Origin: Bacteroidales bacterium
GTDB taxonomy: Bacteria; Bacteroidota; Bacteroidia; Bacteroidales; P3
NCBI GenBank assembly: GCA_017633985.1
Contig: JAGBOF010000033.1
Coordinates: 3,774 to 67,773, forward strand
Reading direction: 5' to 3'
DNA length: 64,000 nt
Shown: positions 26,132 through 35,897 of the stretch, one piece after another
Position numbering within the stretch: the stretch's first letter is position 1
How the letters are laid out: every line of letters starts with the position of its first letter
Position numbers and translations under genes: made by a program
The notes under the pieces: generated by a model
The model's database searches: none
What the model saw: the letters and a program-made list of their open reading frames with translations, nothing else
Told to the model about the DNA's origin: nothing

Positions 26132-27628
26132 ATGAATATTTTTACTTACACCGCTGACGAACCTTTGTTGTTCACACAACTGTATTTTTGGATATTTCTT
26201 TTGGCTGTCCTTTCGGTATTTGCAATAATCAAGAACAAGCCTAAAGCGGCGCATTTGTGGTTATTGGCGGTTTCTTTGTTCTTTTATTACAAATCTTCGG
26301 GCAATTTTGTCATATTATTGGTAATAACGACGCTTCTGACCTACGGTATTTCCCTTTGGATGGATAAAGTGAAAAGCCGTAAAGCGAAAAAATCCCTTCT
26401 TTTTACGGGAATATTGTTTGATACCGTATTTTTACTTTATTTTAAATATACTTACTTCTTTATAGACATTGCCAACTCGTGGTTTTCTTCGGGCATACAA
26501 CCGCAGGATTATCTTTCGCTTTTTGTAAACAACTCTTTCGGCACTTCGTTTTCGGTAGATAAGATAATTTTACCAGTGGGTATTTCTTTTTATTCGTTTC
26601 AGGCTATAAGTTTTTTGGCGGATAAATACAAGGGCAGGTTAAAAGAAAAAACTTCATTGCTTGATTTTGCATTTTATTTGACATTCTTTCCCCAACTTGT
26701 GGCGGGTCCTATCGTCAGGGCGGATGTTTTTTTGCCGCAGATAAAGGAAAAATACAGCCTTACGGCGTATGATTTCTCTTTTGCGTTCTTTTTAATCCTT
26801 AAGGGGTTGGTAAAAAAGATTTTCGTGTCCGATTACATTTCCGTAAACTTCGTTGACCGTATTTTTAACTCGCCCGATACATTTACGGGGATTGAGAATT
26901 TGTTGGCGACATACGGTTATACTATGCAGATATATTGTGATTTTTCCGGTTATACCGATATAGCCATTGCCGTATCGCTTCTTTTCGGTTTTCACCTGCC
27001 GATGAATTTCAATTCGCCGTATAAAGCCGTCACGATAACGGATTTTTGGCACAGATGGCACATTTCTTTGTCTACGTGGTTGCGCGATTACATTTATATT
27101 CCTTTGGGAGGCAACCGTAAAGGCAAATTACGTCAATATCTCAACCTTATGACGACTATGTTAGTGGGCGGTTTCTGGCACGGAGCGGATATTAAATTCG
27201 TCTTTTGGGGAGGTATGCACGGATTATTGCTTGTTGCGGATAAATTAATAAAGCCTTTGACGGATAAAATCACCAAAAAATCCGTAGGAAGGTTTGTTCT
27301 TGCTTTTATTACGTTTCACCTGGTCAATACTTTGTGGATATTTTTCCGTGCAGACAACTTCCAAACAGCCGTAACGGTGATGACAAGGGCATTACATGCG
27401 GATTTAAGTTCATTGATTCCCGTAGTCAGTGCATATATAAAGCCGTTGTCGGTAATAATACTCGCATTGGCAATACATATTTTGCCTTCAAAAATTAAGA
27501 TAGGGTATAAAGATTGGTTTTGTAAGACGCCTTTGCCCGTTAAAATAGTTGTTGCAGTTATTGTAATATTCGTTTTGGTTCAGGTAAAAGGCTCGGCAAT
27601 ACAACCGTTTATTTATTTCCAGTTTTAA
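26132..27628 (+). CDS. MBOAT family O-acyltransferase (AlgI/DltB-like)
   Basis: 498 aa polytopic protein with conserved FW.RWHISLS.WLRDYIYIPLGG and GG.WHG motifs. Confidence 0.85.
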   Translation: MNIFTYTADEPLLFTQLYFWIFLLAVLSVFAIIKNKPKAAHLWLLAVSLFFYYKSSGNFVILLVITTLLTYGISLWMDKVKSRKAKKSLLFTGILFDTVFLLYFKYTYFFIDIANSWFSSGIQPQDYLSLFVNNSFGTSFSVDKIILPVGISFYSFQAISFLADKYKGRLKEKTSLLDFAFYLTFFPQLVAGPIVRADVFLPQIKEKYSLTAYDFSFAFFLILKGLVKKIFVSDYISVNFVDRIFNSPDTFTGIENLLATYGYTMQIYCDFSGYTDIAIAVSLLFGFHLPMNFNSPYKAVTITDFWHRWHISLSTWLRDYIYIPLGGNRKGKLRQYLNLMTTMLVGGFWHGADIKFVFWGGMHGLLLVADKLIKPLTDKITKKSVGRFVLAFITFHLVNTLWIFFRADNFQTAVTVMTRALHADLSSLIPVVSAYIKPLSVIILALAIHILPSKIKIGYKDWFCKTPLPVKIVVAVIVIFVLVQVKGSAIQPFIYFQF

Positions 27629-27655
27629 TATACGAATAAAGAGCTATAACAGGCA

Positions 27656-28852
27656 CTAAAGGTATTCTATTTCCACTTCTTTTATAAATTTCTTTTCCAA
27701 AATATCCGCAATACGGGCAATAAGTGTACGTCTTATCTCCAAAAATACGGGCATTGTGGCATCGTGATGGTTTTGGTTGATTTTCGTGCCGACTAAAAAG
27801 CATATACGGTCGGAATTCATAAGCATTGAGACTATTTTGTCGGCAGGTCCGTTTCCTAAAGAAACGTTAGGGGAGGACATTTTGTTCAATAAAGTCTCTA
27901 CCTTTGTAAGTGTAAGAACTCCTTCGGTAACTAAATCCACGCCCGGCATGTCGGAAGACGGCGGAAGTTCGTTGTCCAAGTCCTGATAATTGTCTTTGAT
28001 TTCAGTATTCAATTCTCTGGCAAAAATTTCCGCTGTTGTGGCTCCGCAAAGAATCTTCTTGCCGTTAAAATTCATCACTCTTTCGACATAAGACTTATCG
28101 GAATTTTCATCAACAGGGGGTCCCGAAGCAATGATAAGCTCTCTTGCATCCCTGAAATAGATAACTCCGCATGAGGTATCGTCTTTCGAATCGAAGTTAT
28201 CATTAGTGTGAGCCATATCAACAACTCTTTGGGCTAATTTGCCAGCAGGAATATAACGGTCGTTCAGCACGGATTTTTGTACAAAATCCACATAATTTTC
28301 CCTTTGCCACCCGAAAGGCAGTTTATCCGACCCCATGCCGCTTTGAGTCACCCCGTCGGATATGTAAATAATGCGGTCTTCTTTTTGAGGTATAAATCTG
28401 CAGGAATGCAAACTGCGGCTGCGGCCTTCATGATCGACATTGTTTAGTTGTATCTGCTCCCATTCGGGCTCAAAGATATTACCTCCCCGCATAATCAGAC
28501 ATGTCGGGTTGTCGTATTCAAGTATTGATACTTCACCGTTGGCAAAATCCACTATTGTAAAGGTTGCATAGGATGTGTGTCTTTCGCTGCAGATAGGTAA
28601 AGTATCCATTATGATTTGCGCTATTGCCGATGCTTCACGGTGTTCTTCGGCAAAATTTATTGCCATGTGGGCTGTAAGGGTTGCCAATACGTTTGCTTTA
28701 ACTCCGTGTCCCATTCCGTCGGATAAAACACTCAAAATGCGGTTCTGTGTCTTGAACTTGCGGGACAGAAATACGTCTCCGCAGATATATTGCCCCTCAT
28801 AATAACGTTGGGCATTGGAAACTTCCACGTAATACGGATTTAAAGCATTCAT
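27656..28852 (-). CDS. SpoIIE/PP2C-family protein phosphatase with an uncharacterised C-terminal domain
   Basis: The N-terminal roughly 210 aa are PP2C-like (GDVF ... LSDGMGHGV.A ... ISDGV). The remaining roughly 180 aa have no motif I recognise. Confidence 0.65.
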   Translation of the reverse strand: MNALNPYYVEVSNAQRYYEGQYICGDVFLSRKFKTQNRILSVLSDGMGHGVKANVLATLTAHMAINFAEEHREASAIAQIIMDTLPICSERHTSYATFTIVDFANGEVSILEYDNPTCLIMRGGNIFEPEWEQIQLNNVDHEGRSRSLHSCRFIPQKEDRIIYISDGVTQSGMGSDKLPFGWQRENYVDFVQKSVLNDRYIPAGKLAQRVVDMAHTNDNFDSKDDTSCGVIYFRDARELIIASGPPVDENSDKSYVERVMNFNGKKILCGATTAEIFARELNTEIKDNYQDLDNELPPSSDMPGVDLVTEGVLTLTKVETLLNKMSSPNVSLGNGPADKIVSMLMNSDRICFLVGTKINQNHHDATMPVFLEIRRTLIARIADILEKKFIKEVEIEYL

Positions 28853-28870
28853 AACAATAGAATTTTTTAT

Positions 28871-29443
28871 TTAAAGTATATGTTTACGGACAATATCTGC
28901 GAATTCCGATACGGCAACATCCAAATCACCGTTAATAATTATTTGATCGAATTTGTCCGCATACGATATTTCCATCTCGGCACGCATAAGCCTTTTGTTC
29001 AGGCTGTCTTCCGTTTCGGTATTGCGTTGTTTCAGTCTGCGTTCCAATGTCAATAAATCGGGCGGCATGATAAATACCGAATACGCTTGATTGCCCAGTG
29101 ACTGTTTTATGTTGATCCCACCTTTTACATCAACGTCAAAAACAGCTCTTTTGCCTGAAGAATTGATTCTTTCTATCTCGCTTTTAAGCGTTCCGTAGAA
29201 TAAACCTTCGTAAACCTGTTCAAATTCCAGGAAAGCATCTTGTTCTATATTTCTGTTAAACTCTTCAACGGAAATAAAGTAATAATCTTTGCCGTGCATT
29301 TCGCCTTTACGCGGTTGTCTTGTTGTAGCGGATACGGAAAACCCGAAAACATCGGGAAACATTTCGAATATTTTACTTAAAATAGTAGTTTTGCCGCTTC
29401 CGCTCGGTGCAGATACAATAAGGTTCATAGGTTTTTTATTCAA
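28871..29443 (-). CDS. gmk: Guanylate kinase
   Basis: It has the P-loop SAPSGSGKTT and a TTR.PR.GE..G.DY.F motif. The start could be the Met at 29443 (8-nt overlap with the upstream gene) or the Met at 29428. Confidence 0.9.
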   Translation of the reverse strand: MNKKPMNLIVSAPSGSGKTTILSKIFEMFPDVFGFSVSATTRQPRKGEMHGKDYYFISVEEFNRNIEQDAFLEFEQVYEGLFYGTLKSEIERINSSGKRAVFDVDVKGGINIKQSLGNQAYSVFIMPPDLLTLERRLKQRNTETEDSLNKRLMRAEMEISYADKFDQIIINGDLDVAVSEFADIVRKHIL

Positions 29444-30377
29444 ATCGTTTTGTAATAATTCCTTCTAACGTAGTATAAGCCAAAGAACCTTTCGCCCATT
29501 TCTTCTGTTTTTGCATCTTATCCAGCATAGTCAGAGAATCAGTCAAAGAATCAGCTGCATTAAGATCATTAACAAAGCCTGTGTATTCTCTCAAATTGCC
29601 AAGGAACAAATCGTTTATGAACATGAATTTTTCACTTACCCCAATGGCTGACATCAAATCCCTGTTTGTCTTATTTTCAAATTGTTCGGCAATGGATTTA
29701 GGTCTGTTCGGATTAAGTATATTGTCTTTTTTTATCTGTTGTGTGATTTCCCGTGCCGTTGAAGTGACCGTGCTGCCGATAGTTTCTTCATTAAATTCCC
29801 TTGAAGTGTCTTTTATGACTCTTTTGTGTAAGAATTCCAAAACAGATGAGGTGTTTGAGGTCTCTTCAATATCCTGAATATCGGTTTCTTCCTGCTTTAT
29901 TTGAACTTCTTCAGGTTGTTTATTGAACTGATTTTCGGTTTTAATCTCTTGAGGCTGCGAAACTGTTTTTTCAGGTTCTGCGTTCTTTGGCTCTTCTGCT
30001 ACCTTATTTATATGTGTGATTGTTCCGCTGTTTTCAGGAGTTTTTTCAACCTTAATTTCCGGCTGTTTTACGTCGTCTGTAAGCGGTTGATTGTCAACAG
30101 ACGGCAAATGGTCAAATTTATACGGCGTTTTATTTTGCTCAAACGGCGTTTCAGTAAATTTATCTGCGATATTAATTCCGTAATTCAATATCTCTTTATT
30201 CAAAGAGATTATTTCGGCGTTTTGTTGTATGATTTTTTCAGTGTTTTGAATCAACAAATCTATTTTTTCCTCAACTCTGCAATTGTCTTTTGAAGCTTGG
30301 TTTTCCTGCAGACAGGTAAAAATTGACTGAATTAATTCTTCCGCTTGGGATTTTACGATATTCAAACTGTCATTCAT
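29436..30377 (-). CDS. Hypothetical protein (coiled-coil N-terminus, acidic/Pro-Gln-rich low-complexity middle, conserved-looking C-terminal domain)
   Basis: 313-aa ORF with coding-like composition. It is tightly coupled to gmk. I recognise no family. Confidence 0.55.
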   Translation of the reverse strand: MNDSLNIVKSQAEELIQSIFTCLQENQASKDNCRVEEKIDLLIQNTEKIIQQNAEIISLNKEILNYGINIADKFTETPFEQNKTPYKFDHLPSVDNQPLTDDVKQPEIKVEKTPENSGTITHINKVAEEPKNAEPEKTVSQPQEIKTENQFNKQPEEVQIKQEETDIQDIEETSNTSSVLEFLHKRVIKDTSREFNEETIGSTVTSTAREITQQIKKDNILNPNRPKSIAEQFENKTNRDLMSAIGVSEKFMFINDLFLGNLREYTGFVNDLNAADSLTDSLTMLDKMQKQKKWAKGSLAYTTLEGIITKRFE

Positions 30378-30402
30378 TACTTTATTGTTGTATTAAAGGT
30401 TA

Positions 30403-31293
30403 TTATTCATGTTGTTTTACTGACGGTCTTACCGAAACAAAATTGCGCGGAAGTGCCGTCTCTATTTTTAATCTTTTATTGGTGCTCGGGCGTAACATTT
30501 CTACTGAATAGACGCAATAACGCAGTATACGTCCGCTGTGTTTTACGGCATTAAAAGTATTATCGCCGTATACAGGGTTGCCGATTGATGCAAGAAGGTA
30601 GCGGTTCATATAAGGTTTGATTCCTGTTTGCGTTATATTTATTTGAAAGAAATCATCATCGCCCAAGGACAAGTCTTCAACTGTCGAATATTGCAAAAAA
30701 ACTTCCCGTGCAGCCTCGTCGTTTTTGTCACAAACGGAATAAATGCCGTTATTTTCGATGATATAAAAACGAATCTTGTCATTTTTGTGCTTAAGCTTAT
30801 TCTCTACTATTGCAGCAATGTTAAACTTAAAGCTTTCCGATTGTTTTTCCAACCAATTCAATGCAAGTTTGCTTTTAGCCATTATGCAAATGCCGCTTTC
30901 ATCCGTTTGCGGGGCATAAACAACAAACAGATCGTTTTTATGATACTTCTTTTTAAGGTAACTTTTTGTCATGCTCAAAAGAGTATCCTCTTTCTTGTTT
31001 TTATATTCCGTTACGCTTTGTCCGGAGGATTTATTGACAATGATAATGTCCCTGTCTTCATACAGAACAGATACATTGCGTTTTTCTTTTGCAATATGCT
31101 GCCCGCCGCTGTATTTTGTGTATTCAATAGTATCACCTTTGTGAAGAATATATTCCCAACTTTTCAAAGCCGCACACTGCATTGAAAAACAATTATACAG
31201 AATCATCTTCTTGGCTTTTGTTACCGACACTTGCGGGAAATAATCCAGCACGAAATCCAATAACTTGGCATCCTGTTTTATCTCAATTTTCAT
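30403..31293 (-). CDS. RluA-family pseudouridine synthase-like protein (divergent)
   Basis: The start is set at MKIEIKQ. It has an S4-like N-terminus, the LYEDRDIIIVNK motif and a C-terminal ITQTG..PYMNRY..A.IG.P.YGD pattern. The HRLD..TSG box reads YAPQTDESG. Confidence 0.6.
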   Translation of the reverse strand: MKIEIKQDAKLLDFVLDYFPQVSVTKAKKMILYNCFSMQCAALKSWEYILHKGDTIEYTKYSGGQHIAKEKRNVSVLYEDRDIIIVNKSSGQSVTEYKNKKEDTLLSMTKSYLKKKYHKNDLFVVYAPQTDESGICIMAKSKLALNWLEKQSESFKFNIAAIVENKLKHKNDKIRFYIIENNGIYSVCDKNDEAAREVFLQYSTVEDLSLGDDDFFQINITQTGIKPYMNRYLLASIGNPVYGDNTFNAVKHSGRILRYCVYSVEMLRPSTNKRLKIETALPRNFVSVRPSVKQHE

Positions 31294-31371
31294 ATTATTT
31301 TTAAAATATTCCGCAAAAATAAGGAAATTTTCGTAATTTCGCACTTGATTTTGGCAAAAGACTTTAAATAA

Positions 31372-32079
31372 ATGACAATAGAAATAAAAAATCTTACAAA
31401 AATATACGGAACCCAAAAGGCTTTGGATAACGTTTCTTTGACTGCATCACAAGGCGAAATCGTGGGTTTGTTGGGTCCTAACGGTGCAGGAAAGAGTACG
31501 ATGATGAAAATCATCACATGTTTTATTCCTCCTACACAGGGTGAAGTTAAAGTTTGCGGATTTGATATTTTTGAAGAACCGATGCAAATACGTTCACTTA
31601 TAGGTTATCTTCCCGAACAAAACCCTTTGTATTTGGATTTGTATGTAAGGGAGTCGTTGGATTTCATTGCCAGCATTCATAAATTGAAAGGCAAAGAAAA
31701 GAAACAACGGGTTGAGCAGATGATTGAACTTGTCGGGCTGACAAAGGAGATGAATAAAAAGATAGGTGCATTGTCCAAAGGATACAGGCAGCGTGTAGGG
31801 TTGGCACAGGCAATGATTCATGACCCCAAAGTGCTTATTCTGGATGAACCGACCACGGGACTGGATCCTAATCAACTGGTGGAAATACGTCAGATTATAA
31901 AACAAATGGGTCGACAGAAGACGGTACTTCTTTCCACTCACATAATGCAGGAAGTGGAAGCTGTATGCTCACGCGCAATTATAATAAACAACGGACAACT
32001 TGTTGCTGACGATACCGTTGAACATCTTTCGCAGGGCGGCTCATTGGAAAAGAAATTCAGGGAAATAACATTGATGTAA
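31372..32079 (+). CDS. ABC transporter ATP-binding protein (ABC-2 / GldA-like subfamily)
   Basis: 235 aa with Walker A GPNGAGKST, signature LSKGYRQR and Walker B LILDEPTTGLD. No permease gene is adjacent. Confidence 0.9.
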   Translation: MTIEIKNLTKIYGTQKALDNVSLTASQGEIVGLLGPNGAGKSTMMKIITCFIPPTQGEVKVCGFDIFEEPMQIRSLIGYLPEQNPLYLDLYVRESLDFIASIHKLKGKEKKQRVEQMIELVGLTKEMNKKIGALSKGYRQRVGLAQAMIHDPKVLILDEPTTGLDPNQLVEIRQIIKQMGRQKTVLLSTHIMQEVEAVCSRAIIINNGQLVADDTVEHLSQGGSLEKKFREITLM

Positions 32080-32089
32080 CTTTGTTTCG

Positions 32090-33304
32090 ATGAGGTTGAA
32101 GTATCACGGCATATTATGTTTTTGTTTTTTGATATTGCAATTATGGAGTAATATTAAGGCACAACCTGTCAATATTCAGAATTTATCTTTCTTGAATACA
32201 TCTGCCGATACAGTTGTTTTTTACGGACAGAGTAAAGATAAATTCAAAGGTTTTGCCGACAAATTCTCGCAGATGATCAGGTTGGGCAACAGACAAATCA
32301 ATATACTTCATATAGGAGATTCCCATCTGCAAGCGGATTTATATACGGGACAGACAAGAAAGAATTTCCAATCTTTTATGAGCGGATTGGAAGCTTCGCG
32401 CGGTATGGTTACTCCGTTTTTGAAAGGTTGCCCCGACTCATACAAAGTTTCTTTTTCCCCGCAATGGCATTCAATTAATATATTGTCATCTTCGGATAAG
32501 ACACACCTTGGTTTGTGGGGAACAACAGCCTACACCGATTCCAAGGAAAGCAGTCTGACGGTAAGCGTAAACAGTAAAAATCCCGTAAAATATGATTTTA
32601 ACCGTTTGAGAATATATCATTCCGAATTATTTGACGGAGACAATATTACTTTGTCGGGTATTGAAACGGCATATCAAAAAATCTATAATAAGGACAAAGG
32701 TTATACGGAATTTATATTGGCGGATTATATAACGGAAGTGAAAATAACGGTAAGCAGACAATCATCGACTGCATTTTGGTTATACGGTTTTTATTTTAAT
32801 AATTCTGCAGCGGGAGTTGTGTATAACGTTACGGGAACAAACGGAGCATCCGCACAAAGTTATCTGAATGCCGACAGACTGACGGAACAATTGGCTTCAC
32901 TTAATATAGATATGATTATAATTTCATTGGGAACCAACGATACATACGAATCCGGTGGCGAAAACACATTCGGTAATAATTTAACGGCATTGGTTAATAA
33001 GATTAAGGAAACTAAAAGCAATATTCCTATACTACTGATAACACCCGTGGAATGCCGTTACCACAAACGGATGATCAATCCGCGTCAGGAGAAAACCGTG
33101 GAAATTATAAAGAATACCGCACAAAACACAGGCTGTGCATATTTGGATATGTACTCTGTATTAGGCGGTAAAGGCAGCAGCGATAAACTGTTCAACAATT
33201 CACTTATGCAACCCGACAGGGTGCATTTGACTGCCAAAGGTTACCAATTGCAAGGCGATTTGCTTTACAACGCGCTTTGGAATGCATTGGAAAAAAACTT
33301 TTAA
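32090..33304 (+). CDS. SGNH/GDSL-like hydrolase family protein
   Basis: 404 aa with a signal peptide. It carries block I HIGDSH, block III GTNDT and a C-terminal D..H (PDRVHLT). Confidence 0.65.
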   Translation: MRLKYHGILCFCFLILQLWSNIKAQPVNIQNLSFLNTSADTVVFYGQSKDKFKGFADKFSQMIRLGNRQINILHIGDSHLQADLYTGQTRKNFQSFMSGLEASRGMVTPFLKGCPDSYKVSFSPQWHSINILSSSDKTHLGLWGTTAYTDSKESSLTVSVNSKNPVKYDFNRLRIYHSELFDGDNITLSGIETAYQKIYNKDKGYTEFILADYITEVKITVSRQSSTAFWLYGFYFNNSAAGVVYNVTGTNGASAQSYLNADRLTEQLASLNIDMIIISLGTNDTYESGGENTFGNNLTALVNKIKETKSNIPILLITPVECRYHKRMINPRQEKTVEIIKNTAQNTGCAYLDMYSVLGGKGSSDKLFNNSLMQPDRVHLTAKGYQLQGDLLYNALWNALEKNF

Positions 33305-33333
33305 TTATTCTTTGTCAGTCAGATAAAATATTT

Positions 33334-33341
33334 TAACTTTG
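33334..33341 (+). promoter_or_regulatory. -7 box TAACTTTG (gap promoter)
   Basis: TAnnTTTG match about 50 nt upstream of the ATG at 33391. Confidence 0.6.
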
Positions 33342-33375
33342 CAAAACAAAATTAAAGAACATATATAACATATAA

Positions 33376-34398
<1,023 letters not shown>

Positions 34399-34435
34399 GA
34401 GATTAGTTACAATAATTTTATAACATAAAACAGGA

Positions 34436-34473
34436 TTAAGCGGATGTCGGATTTACAGACGGCGTCCGCTTAA
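34436..34473 (+). terminator. gap intrinsic terminator
   Basis: Stem TTAAGCGGA/TCCGCTTAA followed by ATTTTTG. Confidence 0.6.
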
Positions 34474-34507
34474 ATTTTTGTTCAATTACACCGCAAAATT
34501 TTTAAGC

Positions 34508-34590
34508 CTTAAAAAAAATTAATCAGCCTGATTATTTTATTAATCAGGCTGATTAATTTTCTGAAACGCCTTCTTATTTCAAAGAGACAT
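34508..34590. repeat. 21-nt phased array containing a perfect 18-bp hairpin
   Basis: AATTAATCAGCCTGATTA (34527-34544) pairs with TAATCAGGCTGATTAATT (34551-34568). It is flanked by AAGCC and ACGCC cores 21 nt away and ends in ACGCCTTCTTATTTC. Confidence 0.8.
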
Positions 34591-34635
34591 TCAACCCATG
34601 TTTTAAATAGATATAACTGTAAATTTATTGACAAA

Positions 34636-34667
34636 AAATAACGGTTGAAAAGTTCCAACCGTTATTT
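34636..34667 (-). terminator. Aminotransferase gene terminator (bidirectional hairpin)
   Basis: Perfect 12-bp stem AAATAACGGTTG/CAACCGTTATTT with T/A runs on both sides. Confidence 0.7.
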
Positions 34668-34691
34668 TTGCAATTGTCTTATGACCGTTTA

Positions 34692-35891
34692 TTAGATTGT
34701 TCTGCCCGGATAAATCTTCAATGCTTCTTTCAAGCAATTGATGCCGGCCATCAAATCTTCAATACACAAACAGTAAGTGATACGTGCCTGTTTTCTTCCC
34801 TTTTCAGGATCTGCATAAAAGCCTGTTCCCGGAGCCAACATAACGGTTTCGCCGTTCAAATTGAAATCCGTCAACAGCCATTGGCAGAATTTGTCACTGT
34901 CATCAATAGGCATTTCTATCATAGTGTAGAATGCGCCGTTAGGGTTAGGGCATTTACATCCCGGGATTTCGTTGATGCCTTTAACCAATGCGCGTCTTCT
35001 TCTGTCATATTCGTCATTGACTTCTTTGAAATAGCTTTCAGGGGTGTCAATAGCAGCTTCGGAGAAGATTTGTCCGAAATAAGGAGGGCATAAACGGGCT
35101 TGTGCCATCTTCATTGCCGATGCCATAACTTCCTTATTCTTGGAAATAATCATACCTTCACGTGCTCCGCAGGCAGAATAACGTTTGGATACGGAATCCA
35201 AAAGGATAGCATTTTCTTCAATGCCTTCTATTTGCATAACGGAGAAATGTTTTTGTCCGTCATAAACGAATTCTCTGTACACTTCGTCTGCAAACAGGAA
35301 CAAATCATGTTTTTTAACTATTTCTGCAAGTTGGCGTAATTCTTTTTCCGAATAAAGATATCCTGTCGGGTTGTTAGGATTGCAGACCATGATAGCACGT
35401 GTTTTAGGCGTGATGGCTTTTTCGAATTCTTCCATGTCAGGAAGAGCGAATCCTGTCTCAATTGATGATGGAATAGTCTTGATAACCGCACCTGAAAGTT
35501 TTGCAAAAGAATTGTAATTAGCGTAGTAAGGTTCCGAAACCAAAACTTCTTCGCCTTCATTCAAACAAACATTGAACGCAATCTGCAAAGCTTCGCTTCC
35601 TCCGCAGGTTATAATAATATCTTTCGGATCAAGCTGAATATTGAAGCGGTTGTAATATTCGCAAAGTTTTTTTCTGTAAGAAGCGTTTCCGTTAGAAGGA
35701 GTGTAAGCAACTATTTCCATATTTGCTTTGCGTAACGCATCCAAAGCTCCAGTAGGAGTTTTGATATCGGGCTGTCCGATATTAAGGTGATGAATTTTTA
35801 TTCCTCTTTCTTTTGCTGCATCAGCAAACGGTACTAATTTTCTGATAGCTGAAGCCTGTAAAGTGGCTCCTTTTTCTGATATTTTAGGCAT
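34692..35891 (-). CDS. Class I/II pyridoxal-phosphate-dependent aminotransferase (aspartate aminotransferase-like)
   Basis: 399 aa with NPNNPTG, a SVSKRYS (PLP-Lys) motif and overall AAT_I architecture. Confidence 0.88.
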   Translation of the reverse strand: MPKISEKGATLQASAIRKLVPFADAAKERGIKIHHLNIGQPDIKTPTGALDALRKANMEIVAYTPSNGNASYRKKLCEYYNRFNIQLDPKDIIITCGGSEALQIAFNVCLNEGEEVLVSEPYYANYNSFAKLSGAVIKTIPSSIETGFALPDMEEFEKAITPKTRAIMVCNPNNPTGYLYSEKELRQLAEIVKKHDLFLFADEVYREFVYDGQKHFSVMQIEGIEENAILLDSVSKRYSACGAREGMIISKNKEVMASAMKMAQARLCPPYFGQIFSEAAIDTPESYFKEVNDEYDRRRRALVKGINEIPGCKCPNPNGAFYTMIEMPIDDSDKFCQWLLTDFNLNGETVMLAPGTGFYADPEKGRKQARITYCLCIEDLMAGINCLKEALKIYPGRTI

Positions 35892-35897
35892 TTCTTT

